A stretch of 64,000 nucleotides of DNA from Mobula hypostoma. Lineage: Eukaryota. The stretch covers positions 113,462,001 through 113,526,000 of the forward strand of contig NC_086108.1 in the NCBI RefSeq assembly GCF_963921235.1, in the 5' to 3' direction. The notes under the pieces were generated by a model that worked only from the letters and a program-made list of their open reading frames with translations, was not told where the DNA came from and did not search any database. This document shows positions 25,300-38,849 of this stretch, in pieces (positions within the stretch are counted from its first letter, which is position 1; each line of letters opens with the position of its first letter). The translations under genes and the position numbers were made by a program.

Positions 25300-26510
25300 C
25301 CAGTGGTTGATGAAAGTAGAGTTGTGATGTTGTCTACATGCACTTAGTAAGGCATTTGACAAGATCCCTTATGAGAGGCTCATCCAGAAGATTGATACAT
25401 GGGATAAATAGTGAATTGGATTACCCATAGAAGATAGAAGGTAGTGGTTGATGGGACCGTTCCTATAATATCCACATCCAAATATCCCTCGAAACCTTTC
25501 CTATAATGTCACTTCCAAACATCCCTCGAAACCTTTCCTATAATATCTAACTCCAAATATCCCTTGAAACCTTTCCTATGTCACCTCCAAGTATCCCTCG
25601 AAATGTTTTCTATCATGTCCACCTCCAAATATCCAAATGGAAAGCAATACAATTGCAGCAGGGGAGATTAATTGGAAGAATGGGCAAAGAAGTGGCTGAT
25701 GGAATTAGGAAATGTATGATAATGCATTTTGGTAAAAGGAAAGTAGTGTAGAATATTATCTAAGTGAGGAGAAGGTTCAAACATCAGAGGTGCAGAGGGA
25801 CTTAGGAGTCCTCATGCAAGACTACCCGAAGGTTAATTTACAGGTCAAGTCTGTGGTAAAGAAGGCAAGTGTAATGTTGGCATTTATTTTAAGGGGAATA
25901 GAATATAAAAACAAGGAGATATTGCTGAGCCTTTATAAGACACTTGTCAGGCCACACTTGGAGTATTGTCAACAGTTTTGGGCCCCATATCTCAGAAAGG
26001 ATGTGTTGTCATTGGAGAGAGTCCGGAGGAGGTTCATGAGGATGATTCCAGGAATGAAAGTGTTAACATATGAGAAGCTTTTCGCAGTTTTGAGCCTGTA
26101 CGCACTGCAATTTAAAAGAATGGGGGGGATCTCATCGAAACCTACCCAATGCTGAAAGGACTGGATAGGGTGGATGTGGAGAGGATGTTTCCTATGATGG
26201 GGGTATCCAGAACTAGAGGGCACAGCTTCAAAATTGAGGAGTGTCCTTTTAGAACAGAGGTAAGGAGGAATTTTTTTTTAAGCCAGAGTGTAGTGAATCT
26301 GTGGAATGCTCTGCCATAGACTGTGGTGGAGGCCAAATCCGTGCATTTATTTAAGATGGAAGCAGATGTTTCCTTTCTGGTCAGGGCATCAAAGGATATG
26401 GCGAGAAGGCAGGTGTATGGGCTTGAGTGGGATCTGAGATCAGCCATGATGGAATGGCAGAGTAGACTCAATGGACTGAAAAGCCTAATTCTGTTCCTAT
26501 GTCTTATGGA
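25300..26510 (+). mobile_element. Degraded CR1 RT/3' fragments
   Basis: ORF 25790-26155 LVRPHLEYCQQFWAPYLRKD; CR1 3' UTR. Confidence 0.85.
25460..25634. repeat. Minisatellite, ~4.7 copies of a 34-38 bp unit
   Basis: TTCCTATAATATCCACATCCAAATATCCCTCGAAACCT and variants in tandem. Confidence 0.9.
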
Positions 26511-27888
26511 AGCTGTGTCATCTCGGCTGTAGCAAGGATTAGGCCTCAAGCCTCAGGCTTGCCAACTACTGCAGATCAGGTGAGGAAACCGGAGAGGCGG
26601 TGGAGTGTGACGTCGTACTCAGCGGGGTTCTGGCCTCTCCCGGTGGTGCTGCCCTCCCGTGGCTGGCTGTGGAATAACAGCCTGGATTATGACCGGCTGG
26701 ATGCGTGCAGGAAATTGCATCATCAATTGTGGGACATGTTGCTGAGGATCTTGGACTTTCATGTGAATATGCTTCTTTGCTCGCTATTTTGTTTGTTTTG
26801 CACCTTGGCCCCAGAGGAAAACTGTTTTGTTTACTATCTATTATGGTTGAATAATAATTAAACCTGATTTAATTTTGATTAGATACAGTAAATCAGCCAT
26901 GACAGAATGACGAAGCAGACTCAATGGGCCAAATGGCCCAATTCTGCTCCTATTTCTTATGGTCTTGAGTTCTACATCATAAAAAGTTCTTTGGAACGAG
27001 TTCTGATGAAGTGTCTCGGCCCAAAACGTCCACTGTATTCTTTTCCATAGATGCTGCCTGGCTTGCTGCGTTCCTCCAGCATTTTGTGTGCGGTCTTTGC
27101 AACAAGTTATTACTACATGGCTTTACCATAGAAAGTGCAAATCACACATCGTTTTCTCTAGAAATGGTGACTTAGCCCCAAATTGGACATATTAAACACA
27201 GAACACTGGAGCACAGTATAGGAGCTTTGGCGCACAATGTTTTATTAACCTACTTTTAACCTACTCCAAGATCAATCTAACTCTTCCCTCCCATATAGCC
27301 CTGCATTTTTCCATCATCCATTGCTTTTCTAAGAGTTTCTTAAAAGCCCCTAACGTTTCTGCCTCTACCACCACGTTCCACGCACCCTCGTTTCACGCAC
27401 CCCACGTTCCATGCAGCCCCCTACACTTTCTTCCAATCATCTTAAAATTAGGCTCCAATTACCCACCACTCTCTGTGTAAAAACTTACCTCTCACCTCTC
27501 CCTGTGTTGGTATTGAATTGATTTAATATTGTCACAGATACTGAGACACAGTGAAAAGCTTACTGTTCATACAGATCAGATCATTACACAATGCACTGAG
27601 GTAGAACAAGGGAAAACAGTAATAAAGCAGAATAAAGTGTTGCAGAATAAAGCATAATGTAGAATAAAGTTAGTGAAAAAGTGCAGTGCAGGTGAACAAT
27701 AAAGTGCAAGATCATAAAGATTGTGAATTGAACAGTCCATCTTATTGTGCAAAAGGTCTGCACAGGGTCTGAAAAGGGTGAGTTGGAAGCTGTCCTTGAG
27801 CCTAGAGGTGTGCTTTCAAGCTTTTGTATCTTCTACCTGGAGAAGACGATAAGAGGTATGAAACACAGCGGACAGCCAGAGACTTTTC

Positions 27889-28605
27889 CATAGTCATAGT
27901 CATACTTTATTGATCCCGGGGGAAATTGGTTTTCATTACAGTTGCACCATAAATAATTAAATAGTAATAAAACCATAAATAGTTAAATAGTAATATGTAA
28001 ATTATGCCAGGAAATAAGTCCAGGACCAGCCTATTGGCTCAGGGTGTCTGACCCTCCAGGGGAGGAGTTGTAAAGTTTGATGGCCACAGGCAGGAATGAC
28101 TTCCTATGACGCTCTGTGTTGCATCTCGGTGGAATGAGTCTCTGGCTGAATGTACTCCTGTGCCCACCCAGAACATTATGTAGTGGATGGGAGACATTGT
28201 CCAAAATGGCATGCAACTTGGACAGCGTCCTCTTTTCAGACACCACCGTCAGAGAGTCCAGTTCCATCCCCACAACATCACTGGCCTTACGAATGAGTGT
28301 GTTGATTCTGTTGGTGTCTGCTACCCTCAGCCTGCTGCCCCAGCACACAACAGCAAACATGATAGCACTGGCCACCACAGACTCGTAGAACATCCTCAGC
28401 ATCGTCCAGCAGATGTTAAAGGACCTCAGTCTCCTCAGGAAATAGAGACGGCTCTGACCCTTCTTGTAGACAGCCTCAGTGTTCTTTGACCAGTCCAGTT
28501 TATTGTCAATTCGTATCCCCAGGTATTTGTAATCCTCCACCACGTCCACACTGACCCCCTGGATGGAAACAGGGGTCACCGGTACCTTAGCTCTCCTCAT
28601 GTCTA
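27889..28605 (-). mobile_element. Young Rex1/Babar 3' copy with (ACTATG)n tail and 7-bp TSD
   Basis: Open frame YKYLGIRIDNKLDW..QSRLYFLRRLRSF; TTTCCAT at 27885-27891 and 28606-28612. Confidence 0.93.
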
Positions 28606-28993
28606 TTTCCATCCCAGGATGAAAATAGTTAATATAAGAGAGCATTGCTTTGAGTTCATTGGAGGAAAGTATAGGGGGGATGTCAGAGTTAAGTTTTATT
28701 TACACTGGGTACTGGGTGTGTGGAACGCCCTGCCAGTTACATTAGGAACACCGAAGAGACTCTTGGAAAGGCATATGGATGATAGCAATGTGGGAGGGAA
28801 GGGTTAGATCGATCTTCGAGTAGGTTAAGAGGTTAGCACAACATCACCGGTCAAAGGACCTGTACTGTCCTGTAGTGATCTATGTTCCACATCCCACCAG
28901 ACTCAAATGGGTTCATACTCTTCAGCACAAACTCAATAGGTCACTGACAGATGCTCAGATACCTGTCACCTTTGCCAGCTTCAGCGATATGGA

Positions 28994-29305
28994 TGGCGCA
29001 CTGTGGCACAGTGGGTACAAGCAACTGCCTCACAGTTCAGCAGACCCGAGTTTGAACCTTGCCTCCAGTGTTTTCCATGTGGAGCTACAAGTTCTTTCTG
29101 AGGACGTGTGAGTTTTGTGCAGCCGCTTCTGTTTGCTCCTACATCCCACACAGTCACTGTAAATCGTCCCCAGTGTGAGGGCAAGGAGAGTCGATGGGAA
29201 TGTGGGGAAAATGAAATAGGATCAGTGTCGGACTGGTGTCCTCAGGTGGTTGATGGTCAACATGCACTCGATGGGCCAAAGGGCCTGTGCTCTATGACTC
29301 TGTGA
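28994..29305 (+). mobile_element. tRNA-derived SINE (HE1/V-SINE-like), degraded
   Basis: GTGGCACAGTGG A-box-like head and GAGTTTGAACC B-box-like; CR1-like 3' tail GGGCCAAAGGGCCTGT. Confidence 0.6.
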
Positions 29306-30304
29306 CACTGATTTTAAAAAAGTGCAATGGGAATAGTTAAACGTACACCCGCCCCCCCGGAGTCAGGGAGGGGTGGGGTTGGGGAGGCTGGAAAGGAAGC
29401 AGGTAACCGCCCGTTTAAGTAAACAGTGTTTCTGTAATGTTGACCTGCGTTTTCTGAGGTTTAGGTAAACGTCGTTATTCTTTGTGTCCAGGAGGCATCA
29501 AACCCACTACTTGGACCAGTTAATCATTTGGACTGCGTTGACAGAGGAACGAGAACCGCAAAAGCGTGACTGTGAGCAGTCAGGGCCTCGGAGTCTGGGA
29601 GTTCCTCCCACATTTCAAAGACATGTGGGTTAGTAGGTTAAATTGGTCATTGTAAATTGTCCTGTGATTAGGCTGGGGAATAAGTCCAAAAGCAAAACAC
29701 TAAAAATGGAGATTGAACAAGAAGTTGGCAGATCAGAGGTCGCCACAGGAAATAATCGCTAGTCAGGTTTATTTATAGGTGATGTAAACTGCGATTAATG
29801 CAGCAATGCGTGAAAAATGTAGATTAACCCGTGACGAGACATCCTGAAAGGCGGGGGCTGACATCAGGGGTCTGGCAATGAGCTATAAACTCCAATGCTT
29901 TGATTGATTGAGAAACTACAGAGCAGTAGCGACACGTCAAAAGCAGGGCGATGATGTTAAGTGGCTCCCATCGCTGGGCTTGGGTTTACACACATAAATC
30001 ATTCATGGCTCCAGGGCTCAGCATTCATTGAGTCATAACTATCCTTATTATCATCGAAGACGCCAGCAAATTTCTACAGATGTACCGTGGAGAGCATTCT
30101 AACTGGTTGCATCTCCCTCTGGTACGGAGGGGCCGCTGCACAGGATCGGAAAAAGCTGCAGAACGTTGTAAACTCATCCAGTTCCATCATAGGCACCAGC
30201 CTCCCCTGCAACGAGGACACTTTCAAAAGGTAATGCCTCAAGAATACATCCATCATTAAGGACCCCCACCATCCAGAACATGCCCGCTTCTCATTGCTAC
30301 CATC

Positions 30305-31064
30305 TGCAAGCAGCTTAATGTGAAAAAGACTAAGGAGCTGGTGGTAGACCTGAGGAGAGCCAAGGTACCGGTGACCCCTGTTTCCATCCAGGGGGTCAGT
30401 GTGGACATGGTGGAGGATTACAAATACCTGGGGATACGAATTGACAATAAACTGGACTGGTCAAAGAACACTGAGGCTGTCTACAAGAAGGGTCAGAGCC
30501 GTCTCTATTTCCTGAGGAGACTGAGGTCCTTTAACATCTGCCGGACGATGCTGAGGATGTTCTACGAGTCTGTGGTGGCCAGTGCTATCATGTTTGCTGT
30601 TGTGCGCTGGGGTGGCAGGCTGAGGGTAGCAGACACCCAGAATCAACAAACTCATTCGTAAGGCCAGTGATGTTGTGGGAATGGAACTGGACTCTCTGGC
30701 GGTGGTATCTGAAAAGAGGATGCTGTCCAAGTTGCATGCCATTTTGGACAATGTCTCCCATCCACTACATAATGTACTGGGTGGGCACAGGAGTACATTC
30801 AGCCAGAGACTCATTCCACCGAGATGCAACACAGAGCGTCATAGGAAGTCATTCCTGCCTGTGGCCATCAAACTTTACAACTCCTCCCTTGGAGGATCAG
30901 ACACCCTGAGCCAATAGGCTGGTCCTGGACTTATTTCATAATTTACTGGCATAATTTACATATTACTATTTAACTATTTATGGTTCTATTACTATTTATT
31001 ATTTATGTGCAACTGTAATGAAAACCAATTTCCCCCGGGATCAATAAAGTATGACTATGACTGT
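30305..31064 (+). mobile_element. Young Rex1/Babar 3' copy, nearly identical to 27889-28605
   Basis: Same peptide with one frameshift; same GGGATCAATAAAGTATGACTATGAC tail. Confidence 0.93.
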
Positions 31065-33389
31065 GAAGGAGCAGATACAGATTTCTGAATGGCCAATGAA
31101 CCCATGAACACTACCTCACTACTTTCCTCACTTCTTGTGCGACGTTATTTTTTATACATTCTCAAAGTCAAAGTAAATCTATTATGCAAGTCACCGTATC
31201 CAAGCCCGAGATTCATTTTCCTGCGGGCATATTCAGCCAATCTATAGAACAGTAATTATAACAGGATCAATGAAAGATCAACCAGAAGACAACAAACTGT
31301 GCAAATATAAATAAATTACAAGAACATGAGATAATCAGATAATAAGTCCTCAAAGTGAAATCATTGGTGTGGGAACATTTCAATGATGGGGCAAGTGAGT
31401 GTAGTTATCCTCTTTGTCCAAGAGCCTGATGATTGTGGGGTAGTAACCGTTCCTGAACCTGGTAGTGTGAGTCCTGAGGCTCTTGTACCTTCTACCTAAT
31501 GGCAGCAGCGAGAAAAAGAGCGTGGCCTGGGCGGAGGGGATCTCTGATGATGGATGTTGTTTTCCTACCACAGCGTTTGATGTAGATGTGCTTAATGGTT
31601 GTGAGGGCTTTACCCGTGATGTACTGGGTCAAATCCACTACCCTGTGTAGAATTTTCCGCTCAAAGGCATTAGTGTTTCCATACCAGGCCATGATGCAGC
31701 CAGTCAGTATACTCTCCACCACACATCTATAAAAGTTTGTCAAAGTTTTAGACGTCATACCAAATCTCCCCAGACTCCTAAGAGGTTCAGGTTTAAGATG
31801 GCCTTACTGAACTTGTGTGACAGCTTACTGGTAGATCAGAAGGCAAGAAATACGACTAAAACCATTACTGATAACAGCTTTTTTTGAAGTAAATTGTGGT
31901 CAACTATCACTGCGAACAATGAAGAAGCACTGGGGGGTGAAGTTGTTTCGAAGGATGAGCCATGCTGGTGAATGGCAAAGCCGAAAGGCGATGTGTTCAA
32001 GACGTGGTCGCAGATGGAGTTGGTATCAGTGTCACTGTTGGAGTGAACAATTTGGAGAGGAGTCAATGCAGAAGAATTTCTATGCCTGTCAACCTAACCC
32101 AGGTGTGAGGTTGGATCGCTCCAAGTGCGAGCTGATTTGGTGAGATCGAGAACGGCTTCAGGCTGTGTGGACCATGCATGTTGCTGTGCCGGGATCTGGG
32201 TCCCAGAGCGAAGCCCTACCTCGTGCGTGGACAATTTAAATGCGGGCCCAGATAGACTGAACAGCCCGAGTGTCGGTAACCACGGCAAGGATCGGACTGA
32301 TTTCACTCACTCTCCCGCAAAATTCATCCTCTCTCTGTGGCTCCAAGGCTACGAACTGCTCCAGCTGCTACTATCAACGTGACTTTCATGCTACTATTGT
32401 CCTGCTAATATGAGGAACTAGATTGAGGCTTGGGCTATGCCGGCTGCTCCAAGATCTAAGGATTCAATCTGGTTTAGAATGCTGCTGTTTGCTCCAGCTA
32501 TCTGCATGACGTGTGTGTGTGTGTTTGCCTCTTTATCAGCGTAGTGCCTAGTCTTTTTTTGCAATAGGTCATCTGGGTTTCCCGCTTTCTGGCTGCCTGA
32601 AAGCAAATATATCTCAAGGTGTATAATGTATACATTCTTTCACAATATTCGTACTTTGAATCCTTGGAAGAAGAGTTGCTGCCCTGCTTTTTTCGCAATT
32701 GTGATTTATAGTGGCTCCATAAAACAACAAATTTCATGACATATGTGAGTGATAACAAACATGCTCCGACTCTGAACTGATTTTGCTGAGGCCCAGAGGG
32801 AGGGCCAATGAGCAATCTGCAGCCAGACCCGTGCACACACATCACAATAGCACAGAAACAGGCCCTCCAGCCCATCTAGTACTTGGTGAATTTCTATCCT
32901 GCCTAGTCCCATCAACCTGCACCCAGACCATAGTCCTCCGAAGCCCTCCCATCCATCTGCAATACTTACCCAAGCTTCTCTGAAATGTTGAAATTGAACC
33001 CTCACCAACCACTTCTCTGACAGCACGATCCACAATCTCACTGCCCTCTGAATGAGGAAGTTCCCTCTGGGACAGCATGGCAGTATAGAGGGGTTAGTGA
33101 AACACTCTCACAGTGCCAACAACCCCAGTTCAGTTCCGCCACTGTTCGTACCATAAGATACAGGAGCAGAACTGGGCTACTTGGCCCATTGAGTCTGCTC
33201 CGCCATTTCATCGCAGTTTATCCAATTTCCCTCTCAGCCCCAATCTCCTGCCTTCTCCTGTATGCCTTCACACCCTGACCAGTCTCTGCCTTAAAAATAC
33301 ATAACAACCAGCTGTCTGTGGCAAAGTATTCCACAGATTCACCACTCTCTGGCTAAAGAAGTTTCCCAACTCAGAACCCTTCAGACTGC

Positions 33390-33606
33390 ACCCCTCACCC
33401 ACACACTGGGGATAATCAGTAATCAATGGCTGCCCCAATTAATCCAATGACCCGGGCATCTTGGGGATGTGGGCAGCACCTGAGGGAAGCCCACACAGTC
33501 ACAGGGAGAACGTGCAAACTCCACATAGACAACACCAGATGTCGGGATAAAATCTGGGTCTATGGAGGTGTGAGGCAGAGGCTTCACCCGCTGTGCCACC
33601 GTGCCA
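33390..33606 (-). mobile_element. tRNA-derived SINE (HE1/V-SINE-like)
   Basis: GGCACGGTGGCACAGCGG head and TGTGGAGTTTGCACGTTCTCCCTGTGAC core; similar copies at ~38570, 45290, 46620, 62735 and 63650. Confidence 0.7.
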
Positions 33607-33867
33607 TTTAAGGTGGAGATGTTTGTAATGGGCAAAGATGCGGCTGACATAGAGATGGGTGAGTGAGCAGAGAGATCAGAGCCTGGTGGGTGACAGGGTG
33701 GAGGAGATTACAGAGGTGTGACATTGAGGCCTAATTTGAATCAGAATCAGGATTAGGTTTACTCGCACTATTCTATATGTCATGAAATTACTTGCTTTGC
33801 AAATGCATAAAATTACTGTAAATTACAAAATTAAAAAGTAGTGCAAAAAATGAATTACGAGAAAATC

Positions 33868-35470
33868 ACAAACAAGAGAACATTTGCAGATGCTGGAAAT
33901 CCAAGCAATGCACACAAAGTGCTGGAGGAACTCGGCAGGCCAGGCAGCACCATGCAGAAGAGTGCAGTCGACATTTCAGGCCGAGACCCCTCACCAGGAT
34001 TGGAGAAAAAAAAAGAGATGAGGAGCCAGAGTGAGAAGGTGGGGAGGGGAAGAAGAAACACAGGGTGATAAGTGAAACTGGGAAGGGGGAGGGATGAAGT
34101 AAAGAGCTGGGAAGTTGACTGGTGAAAGAGATACAGGGCTGGAGTAGGGGGAATCCGATAGAACAGGACAGAAGGCAATGGAAGAAAGAAAAGGGGGAGG
34201 AGAACCAAAGGGAGGTGATGGGCAGGCAAGGAGATAAGGTGAAGGAGGGAAAAAGGAATGAGGAATGGTGAATGAGTGGAGGAGATTGGGGAGGCATTAC
34301 CAGAAGTTTGAGAAATCGATGTTCATGCAATCAGGTTGAAGGCTACCCAGACGGAATATAAGATGTTGTTCCTTCAACCTGAGTGTGGCCTCATCACAAC
34401 AGTAGAGGAGACCGTGGATTGACATGTTAGAATGGGAATGCGAAGTGGAATTAAAATGGGTGGCTACTGGGAGACTCCACTCTTTCTGGTGGATGGAGCA
34501 CAGGTGCTCAGCAAAGTGGTCTCCCAATCTACGTCAGGTCTCTCCGATATACAGGAGGCCACACCAGGAGAACCGGACACAGGATATGATTCCTACCAAC
34601 TCACAGGTGAAGTGTCGCCTCACCTGGAAGGACTGGGGCCCTGAATGGTAGTGAGGGAGGAGGCGTAGGGACAGCTGGAGCACTTGTCCCACTTGCAAGG
34701 ATAAGTGCCGGGAGGGAGATCAGTGGGAAGGGACGAATGGACAAGGGTCTTGCCTAGGGAGCAATCCCTGTGGAAAGCAGAAAGTGACGGGGAGGAAAAG
34801 ATGTGCTTGGAGACGAGATCCCGCCGGAGGTGGCAGAAATTATGGAGAATTACATGCTGAACGCAGAGGATGGTGGGGTGGTAGGCGAGGACAAGAAGAA
34901 TCCTATCCCTGGCGGGGTGGCGGGTGGATGGGTTGAGGGCAGATATGCATGAAATGGAAGAGATATGGTTAAGTGGAGAATTGACGGTGGAGGAAAGGAA
35001 GCCCCTTTCTTTGAAGTAGGAAAACACCTCCTTCGTTCTGGAATGAGAAGCCTCATCCTGATAGCAGATGTGGTGGAGAAGGAGGAGTTGAGAGAAGGGG
35101 ATGGCATTTTTATAAGTGACAGGGTGGGAAGAGGGATAGTCCAGGTAGCTGTGAGAGTCCGTGGGTTTATAATAGACATCAATAGATAAGCTGTCTGTAG
35201 AGACAGAGACAGAGAGATCGGAAAAGGGGAGAGAGGTGTCAGAAATTGACCAGGTAAATTTGAGGGCAGAGTGGAAGTTGGAGGCAAAGTTGATGAAGTC
35301 AATGAGCTCAGCATGGGTGCAGGAAGCAGCACCAATGTAGTCATCAATGCAGCATAGGAAAAGTTGGGGAGTGACACCAGTGTAGGCTTGGAACTTAGAC
35401 TGTTCCATGTAGCCGACAAAAAGCCAGGCATAGCTAGGACCCATGTGAGTACCCGTGGCTACACCTTTAA
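33868..35470 (-). mobile_element. Penelope-like element (RT C-terminal half, GIY-YIG endonuclease, 3' terminal repeat)
   Basis: MGPSYA.LFVGYMEQ, IDDYIG, VYYKPTDSHSYL, GTYPC..DKC..C, LYIGET.RRLGDHFAEH, EQHLIFRLGSLQP. Confidence 0.92.
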
Positions 35471-38255
35471 TGAGAGCATAACTACTAATGAGAGAATGCT
35501 CATAGAGAATGTTCTGAAATTGGATGGCAGAGGGGTAGAAGCTGTTTCTAAAACAATTTAGTGTTTGACTTCAGGCTCCTGGATCTCCTGATGGTAGTAA
35601 TGAGAAGAGGACATGCCCTGAATGGCGAGGGTCCTGAATGATGGATGCCGCCTTTTTGAGGCATCACCTTTTGATGATGTGCCCAATGCTGGGGAGGCTA
35701 GTGCCCTGATGGAGCTGGCTGAGTTTACAATCCTCTGAAGCTTTTCCTGATCCTGCACATTGGCCCCTCCATAGTAAACAGTGATGCAGCAGTCAGAATG
35801 CTTTCCGTTGATCATATGCAGGAGTCTCCAGTGACATACCAAATCTCCTTAAACTCCGAATGGTGTGCCTTCTTCATGATTACATCAATGTGTTGGGCCC
35901 AGGACAGATTTTGCATAATGTTGACACCCAGAAGCTTGAAACTGCTCACCCTTTCCATTGCTGATCCTTTGATACGGACCGGTGTCCTCGTTTGAACACA
36001 GACATGCACATTTTACAATCAAAGTACTGGGGATAATGGGAGATTCAGAATGGAGGCATGTTTGTGTGCAGGTTCAGACACATATTGTAGATTCAATGCA
36101 CTTCACATGAAAGGGAATCTGGTATAAATAGGAAATGGGTATACAACAGAGTATTCCAGCTGTTAACTTAAAGTGTGTCATACAATTCAAAATATACTGT
36201 GAATGAACACAAAAGATGTAAGTAGCAAATTCTCATCTATTTTAATTCATGGTCACAATAAACGCTCCGCAAAGGAGAGCAAATTAAAACGTCTTTAACA
36301 AAGTCAACAGTAAACCTGGAATTTTAGTTTTGTTTACCATTATATTTCCACAGCCAATAACCCCAGCAGTCTCTCCAGTTTCCTGAAACCTGAGAGACCC
36401 CTGTGCCTAGCAGCCCTTTATTGACATACAATCAATGTATATAAGCTATTTTATGTGCTTATATTTATTGTGTTTTTATTATTGTGTTCTTTAACTTACT
36501 GTGTCTTTTTGTGCTGCATCAAATCTGGAGTAACAAAGATTTTGTTCTCCTTTACATCTGTGTACTGGAAATGACACTAAACAATCTTGAATTTGAATTT
36601 TTGAATTTTTAAGTAAATAGAAAAACTGTTGCACTCAGTACCCTGTTGGTGCACTGTGCCGATAGGCTGTTTCGGCCCATTTCCACGCGAGCAAGGCATT
36701 TAAATTGATGAATCTTTCACAATTGGTGTACTGTTACCAAGGGGTGAATGTTCTCACCTGTGTTCCTACGGTAATCAAATCTGAACAAGTCTCCTCTCTC
36801 CATGGCTGCTGCCTGACCCTGCCGAGATTTTCCAGCCCTTATTATTTTTATTTTGGAGAGAAGAAAGAATTATTGGGTTTCAACAAAGGTTTTAGTATTT
36901 TCTTTCGAGACTCCGGTTCAGAATCAGATATGTTTATCACATACAGTGAAAGTGTTGCTTGTGTTAACAACCAACACAGCCTAAGGATGGGCTGGGGCAG
37001 TCCGTAAGTGCCGCCGGACAATCTAGCACTATCCACGATGCTCAACACAACAGAACAACAGTGAAGCAGTTTCTTTATATTTATTTAGAGATAAAGCCCT
37101 TCTGGCTCTTTGCACTGTGGTGCCAGTAACCCACTGATTCAACCTTAGTCTAATCACAGGATCATTTACTGCGACACCCTGAGCCATAATAACATTGCGC
37201 TAACCGCCACACTACCGTGGCACGTGAACACTGTCCTCCAACCTCAGAATAGATTGTCTTCAACCTCCAGTCTCCACTAGACTCATGAATTTGCAGGCAT
37301 TTGGCCTTCAGTTTCCCTAGTGGACTTGTAGACTTGGGGCTCTGGCTATCAACCTTGAATTCCGGACTTCTGATCGACCTTTAGGCCATTGGTTTTGACC
37401 CCAGGACTCATCAATGACAATGAGAAAGTACCCTGGATGAGGACCCTGAAGTCCAGGCCCCAAACTCTGGAAGCGTTCATGATCAAGGTCAAGTTTAGTT
37501 GTTACTCAAGCATACATCAATACCCATGAATACAGCCAAACAAAAGCAGCATTACTCGGCAGCCCAGGTGCAAAAGACAGCACTGACAGTCACACACAGT
37601 GCGAGGCACATGTAGCACATATAATTATGATACCAGTAAACATACTGTCACACAAACCCAAGTGCCTGAGAGTCGCGTCCTGTAGATCGATGGTGCATGA
37701 ACGTCGTTGGCAAGGACAAGCCTGCAGCAGTCCGATCATCACACACTAAAAAAACATGCAGCCGCAGATGAACACAACCCAGCTTGTCTTCCACCATGCA
37801 AATACTAGAGGGCAGCACCAAAGAGAGGGGCCAGACCCCAATCCAGCATCTCCTCCCTGGGCAGCTGCAACAGGTGACCCCACGGCATGAGGCCTGGTCC
37901 ATGTTACAACCGAAGCCGTACAACTCCCCTGCCTTTGGTTTCACCAGTGAACCAAACTTGTAGTACTCCACATTACCAACGTCCAACAGTGATCACAAGA
38001 AAAACATCCAAGACAATCACTCATACTATTTATTGGATCGCATACCACCCCTGATGCCTTCACCCCTGGGTGGCTGAAGCAGGCTGCAATATGGTGCACA
38101 ACAAGTCCAGCTCCACAAATATTCAGCAACTCGCTGGTGGGGTAGACGTGCAGGACTTGATATTCTTAATATGCAGCAGTGTCTTGTGATTGTAAAAAAG
38201 ACAAAGAATGAACAATTACACCTTTGGTTGGATGCAGAGTGCACCACTATCTCAC

Positions 38256-38265
38256 CGGCTATTCC
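38256..38265 (-). CDS. Candidate 10-nt microexon GGAATAGCCG
   Basis: tgtctccttgcgtcctcactttcag|GGAATAGCCG|gtgaga, in sequence with no recognised repeat. Confidence 0.4.
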
Positions 38266-38849
38266 CTGAAAGTGAGGACGCAAGGAGACAGGGTGGTATA
38301 AAAGACTTCTGACATACCTATGTTCACCGGTCAAGGTGTCTGGAAATCATGTTGCAGTTGTATAAAACCTTGGTCAGGCCACACTGTGTGCATTTCTGGT
38401 CACCTTGCTATAGGAAGGATGTGGAAGCTTTGGAGAGGGTGCAGAGGAGATTTACCAGGATGCTGCCTGGATTAGAGGGCATGTCTTGTGAGGAGAGGTT
38501 GAGTGAGGCAGAGATTTTCTCTCTGGAATGAGGGAAAATGTGAGGTTACTTGATAGGGTTGTCCAGGTTATCCGGGTTCAATCCCAACCTCTGTCACTGT
38601 TTGCAGAGTTTGTATGTTCTCCCTGTGACTGTGTGGGTCTCCTCCACCCCCATAACCCAAAAATGTGGTTTAATCGACTGCTGTAAATTATCCCCAGTGT
38701 GAGTGTGACAGGTGGAGTTGCTGCGAATACGGAGGAATGGAATGGGATCTGTGTAGGATGGTGTCAATGGGTGGGTGATGGTCAGCACAGACTTGATGGG
38801 CCAAAGGGGCTTTTTGCATTGTATACAATCCATCCTATGGCCTAACTCC

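Noticed and set aside
25460..25634. CRISPR-like periodicity of ~37 bp
   Set aside because: Units are directly tandem with no unique spacers, there are no cas genes, and the context is eukaryotic.
27370..27420. Three ~16-bp tandem copies (CCACGTTCCACGCACC)
   Set aside because: Local slippage within a CR1 3' fragment; no sign of function.
28994..29080. tRNA-like heads here and in other SINE copies
   Set aside because: These are SINE heads without a complete cloverleaf, not tRNA genes.
36338..36382. 45-nt minus-strand segment reading ETGETAGVIGCGNIM (Rossmann-like)
   Set aside because: Weak donor (GTAAAC) and poor pyrimidine tract, and that frame does not fit the neighbouring candidate exons; likely chance.
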